This document shows positions 12,569 to 25,651 of a DNA stretch of 64,000 nt, in pieces. The DNA lies in the NCBI GenBank assembly GCA_951406725.2, contig OX597819.1, positions 25,544,001-25,608,000 on the forward strand, written 5' to 3'. The stretch's first letter is position 1; every line of letters starts with the position of its first letter. Both the position numbers and the translations under genes were made by a program. Source of the stretch: Octopus vulgaris (taxonomy: Eukaryota). Below the pieces are notes generated by a model. That model worked only from the letters and a program-made list of their open reading frames with translations, did not search any database and was not told where the DNA came from.

Positions 12569-13199
12569 TGCTTTTTTTTTCAGTCATAGAGTTAGATTTA
12601 TGAAGGTCTTCAGTAGAAAATCCTTCGAATTCTGACTCGCTGCTTGATATAATGAAATTCGTATCCATTTTTTGTCAGAATTACAAATTTTGAAAACACA
12701 ATAGGAACAAATTTCGGAAAAAAAATCTCCCATAATTCACGGAATTAAAATTACACTTCGATTTTTGTACAAAACTATAGTTGAAGTGTTTACGAAGTAT
12801 AATACGTGTTTTCACGAATGTACTAAAGAGATTTGCTCTGATATTCTCATTTAAATATGAATAGGTAAATTCGGGTGGTTTGGTAACGAAAGGGGTTAAA
12901 CGGATGCATACATTTATTAATCTCTTATTATAATAACTATATATAAGTGTCGTCTGTTTATACATAAACACTGTTTCATACTGCAATTATATATACATAT
13001 ATCTATATATAATATTATATAATAAAATATATACAGAGTAAAATAAAAACCAATTTACCTTTTCTGTATTGTTATAGCAATTCCACCGTCCGTGTGTCTT
13101 TGCAAATGTGTTGGAATGATAAGTGAGTTGTGTTTTGGCGCCTTTTTTACTAATAACAAACACACACGTGTTTGTATGTAGTTGTTTGAAACGTTTGTG

Positions 13200-13852
13200 T
13201 TTGCCACTCTCATATATGTATGTGTATGCGTGTGTGTGAGGAATGACACACACACACTCACGCACGCACACATGTACATCAATGCTTTCGGAGTGATATG
13301 TTAAAATATTGAGTTTTCTCGAATTTTGTCTTAATTGGTGGTAAAATTGAAAGAAATTTTTTATGGCATCACCCATTGAAGTACTCTGAAAAATCATGGG
13401 TACACTCTAATTGAAGAAATTGTGTGAGGAGTAAATTGTTATGTATTTATTTGGTTCTGTTTGCTGTTTTTTTTTTTAGTAGTGGTTTAAGGTACACTTC
13501 TCTCGTTTTATCGAATTAGTTTCACTTTAATCGCTGCAAATGTACAAAGGGAAAGTCGCAGAAATGAGTGATAGCGTGAGTGAATGAGATCGCTCCCTTT
13601 TTGTGTGTGTGCGTGTGCGTGTGCGTGTGGTGTAAACCACATTAAGAAAGGCATTTGACATAAATACCAGAATGTGAGTTTTCTGTAAATTTTGCTTAAT
13701 TGGAGTTTAAATTTTAAAAACTGGACCTGGCATGACCCGATGCATTCTACTCTTAAAAATGCTAGGTAAATTGTAATTGAAGAAATCCTATATTGTAGAT
13801 TTCTATAAGTTACAAAGGGAGGCAGATAAAATCTGCCTTTTATAATAAGAGA
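13200..13852 (-). mobile_element. Helitron-like family E, 5' portion (left boundary uncertain)
   Basis: Minus strand starts A|TCTCTTATTATAAAAG. Perfect 8-bp inverted repeat aggcagat-aaa-atctgcct at 13820-13838. Diverged internal direct duplication about 13310-13420 versus 13675-13790. Confidence 0.55.
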
Positions 13853-13874
13853 TATATATATTTGGGAGAGTATA

Positions 13875-14090
13875 CGTGTGTGCGTGTGTGTGTGTCTTTG
13901 TGGCTTGGCAACTGGTGTTGGTGTGTTTACGTCCCCGTAACTCAGTGCTTCGGCGAAAGAAAGCTGACTGAATAAGTACCAGGCTTAAAAAATATGTCTT
14001 GGGGTCGATTCGTTCGATTAAAAGATTAAAAGATTAAAAGATGTTGCTCTAGCATAGCCGCAGTCACTTGATTGAAACAAATAGAAGCAT
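13875..14090 (+). mobile_element. Old SINE family A, 3' half
   Basis: 'ggtgtgtttacgtccccgtaact...gaataagtaccaggctt...gccgcagtca..tgaaacaa'. Confidence 0.75.
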
Positions 14091-15196
14091 GGCAGAATAT
14101 ATATATATAAGTAACAAAACGAAATTCTGTGTGTCAGTGTGTCACACTTTGACCCCCACTCTCACTATTCAATGACACTTCCACTATTCCACATGTTAGG
14201 GGTAAGAGTAATAGTAGACATAGAGAAGGTAGTAGATTGACGGTTGTGATGGTAATGGGGTGATAGTAATAGTATGAAGTGTAGTTGTGATGGAGGCGGA
14301 GGCGACGGTGAGGAATAAGGTGGAGGGAGTAGCCGAGGCAGTCAAGGATGATGGTGATAGTAAACAACGTGAAAGCCAGTGGTGATAGTGGTGGAGTGGA
14401 ATACGGTGAAGAGAAAGGTATTGATGGCGGTGGCGTCAGAAGTCTGAATGGCGTGTATGAAGTGTGAATGGTGCGGCGATGGTGGTGGTGGAAGTAATGA
14501 TGAACGTTAAAAACAATCAACAGAAGGAGATAGAGAGAGAGAGGGAGAGAGTGAGAGGGTGTGGAAAAGAAAGAGTTTAGGAAAAATTGTATTGACTTCC
14601 TGAATGAGAAGATAAAAAAATATTGTTTATCATGCTGCTTTGCCAATAAGTTCCAAATCGACACATTCTATTATTGTTTCGATGAAAATTGTTCATTTCT
14701 TGAAAAATATTGACCAAATTTAATAAAATTTAATATGTACTCGATGGATGAAGTGTCATTATTGGGCCCACAGGAGCTAGCGTAAAAGCTACACAATAGG
14801 GCGGTTTTAAGCAAGTATGTATACTAGAGAGAGAGAGAGAGAGAGAGTGAGATAGAGAGAGAGAGAGAGAGATGTCTGAATATGAATGCGTGTGTGTGTT
14901 CTTATGGTTATGTCATCTTGTGTCACGATGAAGTTGTATGAGAATGCTGCCAAATATAATTACACATGTATTTGAATTTATGCATGGATATGACATATTT
15001 GGGCTTATGTTTCTGCCTGGAAGTTTATAAGAATTTAAGCACCACATCGGAAATCAAGCAAAGAAAGAGGGTGTCGATCCCGGTTAATTCTCACATTTAC
15101 AGCGGGCATTATACTGACCTACCTTCTGAGTGAAACTATATATGTGTGTGTGTGTTTGTGTGTCTATATATATACGTATATACATGTACATACATA

Positions 15197-15231
<35 letters not shown>

Positions 15232-15235
<4 letters not shown>

Positions 15236-15450
15236 TTAATCCAAACATGAACAAGGAGAAAACACAACAACGCGAGGTCGTGGAACAAGTATAGTGTTAT
15301 TGGACGCTCAAGAAAGGAAAGAAAGAAGGAGGATGTAACGTTTCGAGCGGAGCTCTTCGTCAGAAATATAGTAAAACGGAAACTTCCAAGGAAGGGAAGA
15401 CGGAGAAAGAAAATCGCCAACGATACACACGCGGTCACATACTGAAATGA
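15232..15450 (-). mobile_element. Penelope-like terminal repeat with minimal hammerhead
   Basis: Reverse complement aligns with 62200-62415. Contains CTGACGA-a-GAGC-tcc-GCTC-GAAA-CGTT. Confidence 0.7.
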
Positions 15451-15719
15451 CCGGAAGGGAATGGGTGAAGAAAGAGTTCTTTCAAAGACAGGAGAGTGCA
15501 AGCGAAGGAAGTATGTGTGTGTATGTGTGGGTATGTGCGTGCGCGCATGTCTGTGTGTGTGTGTGTGTGTGTGTGTTTGTGTGTGGTTGGGCTTAGTATC
15601 GTTTAAGGTATTAAGAAGAATTTATAGTAAGAATTTTGGTAGGAGTGGCTGCCTGTTGTGTGTCTACATACACATGTGTGTCGGAGGATGGTCAGTAGAA
15701 GGGTCCGGTAGTTTGAAGT

Positions 15720-16900
15720 ATGTGTGAATGTGTGTATGTATTTGTAGTGTGTGTGTGTTTTGTTTGCAGTCTGTATGTGTATGTGTATGTGTGTGTGTTT
15801 GTGTGTGTATGTGTGTATGCGTGGGAATATGTGTGTGCGTGGAGAAACTATACTTTACTGTGTATGTGTGCGTGTGTGCTTGTATGTGTGTGTGTGTGTT
15901 TACATGCATGTATAATTGTGTGTGGAGAAACTATACTTTACTCTGTGTATGTGTGCGTGTGTGCTTGTATGTGTGTGTGTGTGTTTACATCTATGTATAA
16001 TTGTGTGCGTGTATGTATGAGTGTGTGCTGTGTGTGCGTGGGCGGTATCTGTGGGTTCATTTCCGTGAGCAGGTGTGTGTATGTGTGTGCGTGTGTATAT
16101 ACACGTATGTGCGTGTGAGTGTATGTGCGGGTGTACATGTGTGAGTATGTACGTGTGTATTTTGTGTGTCTGCATGTGTATGTGTGTGAACGAGGGGTTG
16201 TGTAGGGTGTATAGGTGCGTTTTTTGCGCGTGTATGCATGTGCGTGTGTGTAAGTGTGTACATATATATATATGCGTGTAGTTGCGTGTATGTGTGCCCG
16301 TGTGTATGTGTGTGCGTATGTGCGTATGTAGGTGTATATACGTGTATGGGGTTGTGTTAGGTATGCGTACATTAGTGTGCGTGTATGCGAGCGTATGTAT
16401 GCGCATGTGTGTGCGTGTGTGTATGTTTCTATATGTGTATGCGTATGTGTATGTGTGTATGCATATATTGTGTGTGTATGTATATGTATGCGTGTGTGCG
16501 TGGTTGTGTGGGGGTTTGTGTAGGCGTATATGTGCGTACCTGTGTGTATGTGCGTGCGTGTGCTTGTGTGCGTGTGCGTGTGTGTGTGTGCTTACGTGCG
16601 TGCGTGTATGTGCCCATGTTTATGAAATTGTGTACGTCTCTGTATGTGTATTGTGTGTGTTAGGGTTATATGTGCGAACATGTGCTAGTGTGCGTGTGTG
16701 TGTGTATGTACGCGTGTATATGTGCTTGTGCGTGTATGTATGTGCGTGTGCATATGCGATTGTATGTGTACGTGCGCGGGCGTGTATATGTGTGTGTGAA
16801 CGTGGAGATGTGTGTCGGGTAAGGTGTGTATTTTGTTGCGTGTATGCGCGTGTACTTGAGTATGTGTGTGTATGCGGTTGTGTGTACGTTTATGTGTGTG
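15720..16900. repeat. Cryptically simple (GT/AT/GC)-dinucleotide expanse with short internal duplications
   Basis: About 1.2 kb of alternating purine-pyrimidine sequence. 'ggagaaactatactttact' is duplicated at about 15841 and 15924. Confidence 0.9.
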
Positions 16901-17115
16901 GACCTACCCAGCGGAGACGATGACGAAGAAGGCGAAGAGACAGAGGCGGAGAATGGTGGATTGTTAGTGAGGCGTGTGGAAGAAACTCATTATTGGTAAT
17001 ATGATCTTCCCATATATATATATATAGATGCATACATGTACACATAATAGTGCATCCATAGTATACACACACGCACACACACATACATATATATATGCGT
17101 GCGTGTGAGTGTGTG

Positions 17116-17165
<50 letters not shown>

Positions 17166-17542
17166 AATTATAATATTATTGAACTCTCAGATGAGAAAGA
17201 AATTATATATTCATGGTAATTGTCCAAATATTTTAATCACATCAATTCGGTCACACAACTAATTTTACGGTCCGGTGAAAATTAAGAGTGTAAATGTTTT
17301 TATTTGAAATGTCAAATGTTTGATTAAACGGCACAGAGTTGTCACGTGTTTCGTGTCGGACTGGATTAGTCACTTATCAATCTTGACAGATAAGTCAGAT
17401 TAAGGACAGTCAGAAAATTGAGTCTTCATGTATAATACCATGGCAATGATACCCAACATCATGTGATAAACTGACGAGGATTTGATAGTAATTAATACAA
17501 AAATAAATAATTGCTAATAATTATGTATTTTCTTATAAACAA

Positions 17543-17937
17543 CTAGCAGTATCGCCCGGCGTTGCTCGGGTTCGTAAGGGAAATAACTATATAAGCATTT
17601 TTAGAGATGTAAAGTATAATAGCCATCTCAATATGGCTAACGACAAAGGGGGGGTGTTACTGTAGCTTTTTACGTTCTGAGATTTAATAATAAATTTTTA
17701 GAGAGTTACTTCCCTTATATATGCCAAAAATGCATTTAAAATGGAAAAAATTGATGGTAAATTTTTTTTAAATCGTAGACTCATCATAGATGCGCGCTAA
17801 TACCCAGAAGGGCTCGATATGAATGACGACTATAAGATACCCGGTTTTGGTTAAACTGCACCGCAAAATGTGGGAGTAGTTAGGAATCTAAATCGTAGGA
17901 GACAGACACCACACAACCTCACTTTTATATATAAAGA
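17543..17937 (-). mobile_element. Helitron family C, subtype 2
   Basis: TC and CTAG termini, hairpin, A|T site. Carries the alternative internal module. Confidence 0.9.
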
Positions 17938-18382
17938 TATTGTGAAGAAAACATTTGTGAACAGTAAAAGCATCGACATCAGAAATAAGAACGATGGTCA
18001 AACCAATGTTGTATGTGGTTGTTCGGCATGCCGGAAGCAGCTGTCAATTGTTCTCAAATTACATCTCTATCGATATATCCTAACCACACTAGGATACAAT
18101 GGGAGTACAGTCCCTGATATACATACTTGCAGGGACGGTCAGGACTGGTACGCTTCTTATTACACATCTGCTCAAACTGGTAGATATAAAATATCAGATT
18201 ATTTAATACTTACCACGTTGGGCTTACGATCATAAAATTATGTACCTGTTTCCCGGACCAGGTGGTGGATTTTTTCCAAGGTGCTTCATTTCAAATTTTC
18301 TCGATTTACTCACTCGAAATTGCCTGCCACCACTATCACTACCATCACCTCCGCACCAGCAACAGTAGCAGCAGCAACAACA

Positions 18383-18743
18383 GTGGAGGCGAAATGGCCC
18401 AATGGTTAGGGCAGCGGACTCGCTGTCGGAGCATCGCGGTTTCGATTCCTAGACCGGGCGTTGTGTGTGCTTATTGAGCGAAAAACCTAAAGCTCCACGA
18501 GGCTCTGGCAGTGGGGGGGGGAGGCGATCTCTGTTGTACTCTTTCGCTCCAACTTTCTCTCACTCTTTCTTCCTGTTTCTTGTCCTCGACTTCATACGCA
18601 ACCGCTGAGCCTGGATGCGCATTCATCCATCCGTCGATACTCTCGGTGTCGGGGGTTGACCTGCTTTCTCTTCTGCGGGTCTTACGAATAGCAAAGGACC
18701 ACGTTTCGGACTTCTCCCACTGGACGAAGACCGCTACACTCTA
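18383..18743 (+). mobile_element. SINE family F, tail type 2
   Basis: Same head and body as the 3206 copy. TSD cagcagcaacaaca at 18369-18382 and 18744-18757. Confidence 0.85.
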
Positions 18744-18947
18744 CAGCAGCAACAACAATGGCAGTAGCAGCAACAGTAGCATTTACGAGCTCATCTTGTG
18801 TCCGTCTGATATTCCATCCAGGATGAGTCTTTTAAAGATATGAATAAAGACAGACTTCCTTCGTTTTTCTGCTGTAGAAGGTTGTCAGCATAGTTCAGTT
18901 GCTTCAGTGGCTTCGCTGACGATAATAATGACCTAGAAATAAAGATT

Positions 18948-19023
18948 AACAAAACTAGTAATTTTTTTCTAATGTGAACAAAATTAGTAATTTTTTCCCA
19001 AGGTCAACAAAACTAGTAATTTT
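18948..19023. repeat. Short tandem repeat, three copies of aacaaaa(c/t)tagtaattttt
   Basis: Direct reading, period about 29 bp. Confidence 0.8.
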
Positions 19024-19289
19024 TAAGAGGTATCGTAGAAGTAATTGACTTCCTTCCAAAGAATGTATTTGACTAATTGACTCCCAAAAGGAGGAACGGT
19101 AATCCCTGCGTGATTTGAGCTTAGGATAAGAAACTATGCAACCAACATTACAATACAGATTGTCCACTATCTTATCGATTTTATTTTCAGCAGGAATTGT
19201 TTCTTCCATAAATCTGGTGGACGGTGTTAATTGATGAAATCGATTCCAAGTAATATTGAATATTATATTGATCGCAGAAAGATGAAGGG

Positions 19290-21010
19290 AAAAAAATGAC
19301 CAGCAGAGTTTGAACTTAGAACATTCGGTTGGTTCCGCCAATCTACCGCCTAATTTATATTATAAATATTTCTAACATAGTGCAAGGAGAAGAATATGGT
19401 GAGAGGAGTCAGTTGATTAAATAAACCCCATAACTTCTCCAGTTCTTATTTTAAGTAACCTCAAATGGTCAAAAGCAATGATGACGTCAGTAGGATTTGA
19501 ACTCATAACATAACGATCTGGAAGAAATATCACAATAAAATTTGTCCGATGCGCTAACTATTCTACCCAACTACACTCAACAATAATAAAAAAAATATTG
19601 GTTTCAAATTTTGGCATAAGGCCAGCAATTTCGTGGAAAGGAGCAAGACGATTAGATCGATCCCACTGCTCAACTGATAAATATTTTATCGACCTCGAAA
19701 GGATGAAAGACAAAGTCGACAACAGCGGCATTTGAACTCAGAACGTAGATTCGGAAGAAATGCCGCAAAGCGTATTTTGTTTGACGCGATAACGATTCTA
19801 ACAGCTCGCCGCTTTACAATAACAGAAAATATTAAGTCCTAACTTTGGACCAACGTTTCATTTCTATGTTGTGTACGCAGATTCGATTATGATTAATCCA
19901 TTATGTAATTGTTTTATCGGCCGTAGAAAAATTTACTAATAGATATTTTATTAAATATTCTACTGATTCTACCAATATATAGTTCTCAATAATAATGGTT
20001 TCAAATCCTGGCAGAGGGCCAGTAGATTTGATGGAAGGAGAAAGTTCATATCATTGACCTCAGTACTTGAACGGTATATATTTTATCGACCCAGAAAGGA
20101 TGAAAGACAAAGTCTACCTCAATGGAATTTGAACTCAGGACGTAAAGACGGATGTTGTGATGCTAAGCATTTTGCCTCACAATCCTCAATAATGATAGAG
20201 CAAGGATAGAATTGTTGGGGACTGAATATGAAGTAAATCTTGCCTGAAGAATAAAAATTGGATTTGAATTCAGTACACTATGGACATTACTAGATATGAG
20301 ATAATTTAGCCAGTGGCCCATTGAATGCATCAGCCAATATACTGTACCTCTTATAATAACAGTTTAGAATTTAGGCGTAAGGCCCGAAATTTTAAGAAGA
20401 GTGGAGTTAATTGACAGTGGCTTTGACATCAGTACTTGTAATATAACCCCATGGTATTAAAAGAAAGTCAACCCCTACATGATTTGAATTCAGAAGGTAA
20501 AGAACCAGACGAAATGTTGCAAAGTATATCTCCTGATGCTTTAACAATTCTGCCAGCTTGCTACCTTGACTCCTCTTATTTTGATTGTCTCTACCTTAAG
20601 CAAATGGTCAGCAATTTTAAGGGGAAGATTTAGATGATGCCTTCAAGACTAATGTTTGATTTGCATTTTATATTACCAGCCTCAAAAAGGTGCAAGACAA
20701 GATTTAACGCAACTGTGATAAGAACTAGAAACGTGAAGAAGCAGAAGACATATACAGCAAAAGAAAATTTCCCGACGATCTAACAATTGAATCAGTTCTC
20801 TTTGCGCAAAGAGAACATTGCGCTCCTTAAAATCAGGGAAATAATGGTTCTAAACTTTAGCTCAAGGGCAGCAATTTTAAGTAAGTGAACACTAGGGTTG
20901 ATCGCATCGACCTTAGTATTTAACTAGTACTAACTTCATCGACCCCGAAAAAATGAATTGTACAGTCAGCATCGGCGGAATTTGAACTCAGAATGAAAAG
21001 AGCCGGAATA
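19290..21010 (-). mobile_element. Cluster of about 7-8 degenerate co-oriented SINE-B-related copies
   Basis: Recurrent decayed 'tttatcgacc..gaaaggatgaaag.caaagtc.ac...g..atttgaactcagaac' units near 19370, 19600, 19995, 20360, 20590 and 20845, plus fragments. Confidence 0.7.
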
Positions 21011-21435
21011 TAGTCATAGAAATGGTAATGATCATTTTGCCCTGAACCCAAATTCGACATTTATGTTGACATAAATACGAACTCTTAGATGTAAACTTCA
21101 CAGCTAGCATTGGTCATAGGAGTGAGGGGGAATATTGTGTTAGTATATTTAGCTAGCCACATAAAAGTAATTTTCGTTTGTATAATAATTTTCCCTCTAA
21201 TTAGAAAACAACATACTTAAAGTTGCGGTGTTCAATGAATTCGTTTCTTTCCACAGTTTCTTATCGATTGTAAGGCGATAGAATGCATACCTGTAAATTT
21301 TGAAAAAGAGCACATGCTATGGAATAAAAAAAAAATCGAATTATTTATGACTTATTACACAACACACACACAAACACACACATATGCCCACAAACATGTA
21401 TATCTACCTATCAATTTGTATACATACCTATATAC

Positions 21436-21512
<77 letters not shown>

Positions 21513-22122
21513 TTATGTATGTATGTATGTATGTATGTATGTATGTATATATGTATATACTCAAACACACATACGCACACATATTTATTTAGCAAAGTAG
21601 TGGAACATCACACTACGTGAAGACCATTTCTGATTATTTAATTATCTTATTAATTGCATTGAATAATTGTTTTCGAATAAATTCGATATATGAATGTATT
21701 GTTAATGAATTAATTAAATTGCTAAAAGTATATTCAGAGACTGCAAGTAATTTTCATTAACATTCTGAACGCCTTATTCGGTCCTGAATATGGCAAAAAA
21801 TAATTAATTTCAATTTAAATGTATTAAAATTAAAAGAGACAGAAAAAGAAAAATCACGCACTTACACCCATACACCAACGCACAAATCTTGAATAGATAC
21901 AGAAAAATGTAAAGAAAGTTTTGAAGATTTATTCTATACAAGTTTGAAGTTTTATTCATGTAACATTAATTAATAATTAAAGACGAGGCACTATAACTAC
22001 TACTTTATAGTTTATGGTTTGTATTCTTATTCTTTCGCCAGTACAGTACTGTGCTCCTGGCCGGGTTTCTTAGTATTTTAGCACTGAATGGTTACAAGCC
22101 AAGGGGCATCTATACTAATAGC

Positions 22123-22355
22123 AAGGCGACGAGCTGGCAGAAACGTTAGCACGCCGGGCGAAGTGCGTAGCCGTATTTCATCTGTCGTTACGTTCCGAGT
22201 TCAAATTCCGCCGAGGTCGACTTTGCCTTTCATCCTTTCGGGGTCGATAAATTAAGTACCAGTTACACACTGGGGTCGATGTAATCGACTTAATCCGTTT
22301 GTCTGTCCTTGTTTGTCCCCTCTGTGTTTAGCCCCTTGTGGGTAGTAAAGAAATA
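22123..22355 (+). mobile_element. SINE family B, full length
   Basis: Near identical to the 11220 copy. TSD tatactaatagc at 22111-22122 and 22356-22367. Confidence 0.92.
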
Positions 22356-23998
22356 TATACTAATAGCTCTCAGTTATGATTTCTCGGTGCACTAGAGTTC
22401 AACTACGAAACTTGTAGTAGCATATTCCATTGAAAATATGCTTCAAACTTAAACATTTAGAAAAAACAAGTGTATAAAGACTACTGTTTACTATTCCAAA
22501 TAATCAAACTTGTGTGTAGCAAAATTATAATTATTTGTATTTTCAGGTCTCTCGATGATTAGTGAGGATTTTTTAAGATTTAATTTATATGTTTGAAAGT
22601 TAGTTACGTAACCCGATATTCTTGCCGCGCCTGATTTCAAAACCACTGATCTTCAAGGACGCTCGATTTGGTAGAAACAGTAGCAAAATCTCCTTCAAAT
22701 GACATGCTATCGTCTTCAGAAAGGCATTAGAATATGTTATCTATAGCCTAACAAAAATACGAGTTGGCCATGGCTTAATTGCAAAGCAGGGCCTTGCGCC
22801 TTAGGTCACATTCGGCCCAGGCACTGCTTTACAGTTAACAAATTCAAAGTTAATTGCAATATTATTCAAGAGATTTAGTGGTCATTAGTTCGAATATATT
22901 GTGCATGTTAAACTGTGTATCGCCATTCCATCTTAGTTCATTTAACCCAAGATAAAAAAATTATGCGCCATGTCCTCTGGGAATATTTCTTGAAAAGGAT
23001 TTACTTCCCATTTCAGTAATTAAGAAATCTGTTTTTCCTCATAAACACAATAAAGATACATAGATTCATAGCATTTATCTACCATTGAGTTTTTTTTAAA
23101 CATTTATATATACATATATAGAATATCGTTGAGGAGTTGATGACTCAAACGGAAATACGCCAGAAAATAATGCTAGATCTTTATTTACCTTTACATCTTC
23201 ATAGAAGTGTAACGAAATTATCATCAAAGTTACGTTTTCCGAAATATTACATTCAAAAGGAGACGAACTCATATCTCTGGTTTTGAATTTAACATACGCA
23301 ATAGTAAATATATAATAGTATCATATAAATCGAGAAAACATTTCAGTGTTTTCTTACCAATAGAGGAGCAGAGGGAAAAGAAAAAGTAGTGAAGTTTCGT
23401 AGCTCTCTCTCTCTAACTTAAATCTAGTTTGCGCACGAGTAATGGCATCCGTTTATATGCATATATACACTCGCGCGTACGCACCTGCACCACATATATA
23501 AATATATTTAGGCATGCATGTATATTTCAAAGACTCATTCCATTTAATATTACACATTTGCGTGCATAAAGACTGTTGTATGCTTGATAATACATAAATT
23601 CGGAGTTATATCAGTGACACAAGGGATACTTGTTACCAATATAAGGTAGAATTTCATAAATAGTTTGATAAAGATTAAGAAACAGAAATAAGATTGCTCA
23701 AGATGTGATTTTCAGCTTTTTGATAAACGACGTTGTGGCATTACTCGTTCTCATTTAATCATCAGTTTTACCGTTAAATATTTAGTATTGGTAGCATATC
23801 CTCCAAACATGCAATGATCGGGAGATCTAAATCAGTCAATATATGGTTAAAAGCATCACGATAGCGACAACGTTATTTAAACAAACCCGTTAATATAAAC
23901 TACGACTTGTTTATATTTCTATCCTTAAATTACAATTTTCAAAATAATTCTGAAGAATAAAAAAACAACAGCGACAAACTACTTTATTACGGTGTTAG

Positions 23999-24104
23999 GA
24001 CAATTCGTCCCCAGTTATTTCGTCGCTGCTTAATTTGTACCCGGTCAATTCGTCGTTGATCAATTCATCCTCAGGTCAATTAGTTACTGGCCAATTCGTC
24101 CCAA
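23999..24104. repeat. Degenerate ~15-bp tandem repeat (caattcgtc-core)
   Basis: About 7 units: caattcgtcccc, tatttcgtcgc, taatttgtaccc, caattcgtcgt, caattcatcct, caattagttac, caattcgtccc. Confidence 0.7.
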
Positions 24105-24168
24105 AATACTCTTAAGTGTGATTCTCGAGGGAAAGTTTAGAACAATAACTTTAGAATTAAAATTGTCG

Positions 24169-24572
24169 TTACTCTTTACTCTTTTACTTGTTTCAGTCAT
24201 TTGACTGCGGCCATGCTGGAGCACCACCTTTAATCGAGCAACTCGATACCGGGACTTATTCTTTTGTAAGCCCAGTACTTATTCTATCGGTCTCTTTTGC
24301 CGAACCGCTAAGTTACGGGGACATAAACACACCAGCATCGGTTGTCAAGCAATGCTAGGGGGACAAACACAGACACACAAACACACACACGCATATATAT
24401 ACATATATACGACGGGCTTCTTTCAGTTTCCGTCTACCAAATCCACTCACAAGGCTTTGGTCGGCCCGAGGCTATAGTAGAAGACACTTGCCCAAGGTGC
24501 CACGCAGTGGGAATGAACCCGAAACCATGTGGTTGGTAAACAAGCTACTTACCACACAGCCACTCCTGCGCC
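24169..24572 (-). mobile_element. SINE family A, full length
   Basis: Complete head, internal microsatellite and tail repeats. Confidence 0.92.
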
Positions 24573-24969
24573 TATGTTGGGCACTTTTAGAAATATTTTT
24601 CCTTTATCCATCCATCCATCCATCCATCCATCCATCCATCCATCCATCTCTCTCTCTCAAATATCTGCGCTGAACAGTTTACGAACAAAGATTTTCAAGC
24701 AAAGCGAATTAAATTTATCCAGTACGCTTACCCATCAACAGGACTACCTGCAAGACCAACTTTAGAGAAAGAAAAAATCAAAGACGTTGATCAAGAAATA
24801 TATATGTGCACAAAACATGAGTAGAATGCAACTAGATTGAAGATATACTGGAGGCGCGAAAATCGTGTGTGCCAGGCGAGACTTCAAACAGATGAAAATT
24901 ATAAAGAGCTTAAGAAGATTGGGATCCATAATCATGCTTCAACTGCTGCAGAAGTAAATGCAAGGATAA

Positions 24970-25372
24970 TCTTTATATATAAAAGTAAGGTTGTGTGTCT
25001 GTCTCCTACGATTTAGATTCCTAACTACTCCCACATTTTGCGGTGCAGTTTAACCAAAATTGGTATCTTATAGTCGTGATTCATATCGAGCCCTTCTGGG
25101 TATGAGCGCGCGTCTACGATGAGTCTACGATTTAAAAAAAAAATTACCATCATTTTTTTTCATTTTAATGCATTTTTTCGCTATTATATAAGGGAAGTAA
25201 CTCTCTAAAAATGTTTACGATGAGTGTGAGTGAACGATTTAAAAAAAAATTTACCATCATTTGTTTTCCATTTTTAATGCATTTATTTGCTATTTTTTGG
25301 CTATAACTCTCTAAAAATTCTTATATAGTTATTTCCCTTACAAACCCGAGCAACGCCGGGCGATACTGCTAG
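24970..25372 (+). mobile_element. Helitron family C, subtype 1
   Basis: A|TCTTTATATATAAAAG ... cccgagcaacgccgggcgatactgCTAG|T. Confidence 0.92.
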
Positions 25373-25651
25373 TAGTTTCAAATATTAAAGTATATTTCAT
25401 CACGTGATGCCCTTCGCTCAGTTATCGCTAGTGAAGTTCAGAATTTAAACGACTGCACATTGTCGCAAATACCTACGTTTGCACAGCTCAATAGGAATAT
25501 TAGACGTTGGAGGCAAGCTGATTCCAACTGTGCTGCCACGCCATTTACATATGCTGAGTTTTCCATTCCGAGATAATATTCGTACCTTGTCAATAATGAA
25601 ACGTATTTACAGATGGAACATTTCAATGCTGCTCTAGTATATTTTCTTTGA

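Noticed and set aside
18383-18460. tRNA-like sequence
   Set aside because: Has A and B boxes but continues into a SINE body with a TSD. No acceptor stem or terminator.
18785-18931. Possible minus-strand exon after 'ttatttctag'
   Set aside because: Stops in all three frames within about 140 nt and no recognisable protein.
19290-21010. CRISPR-like periodicity
   Set aside because: Units are ~200-bp degenerate SINEs in a eukaryotic context, with no identical repeats and no cas genes.
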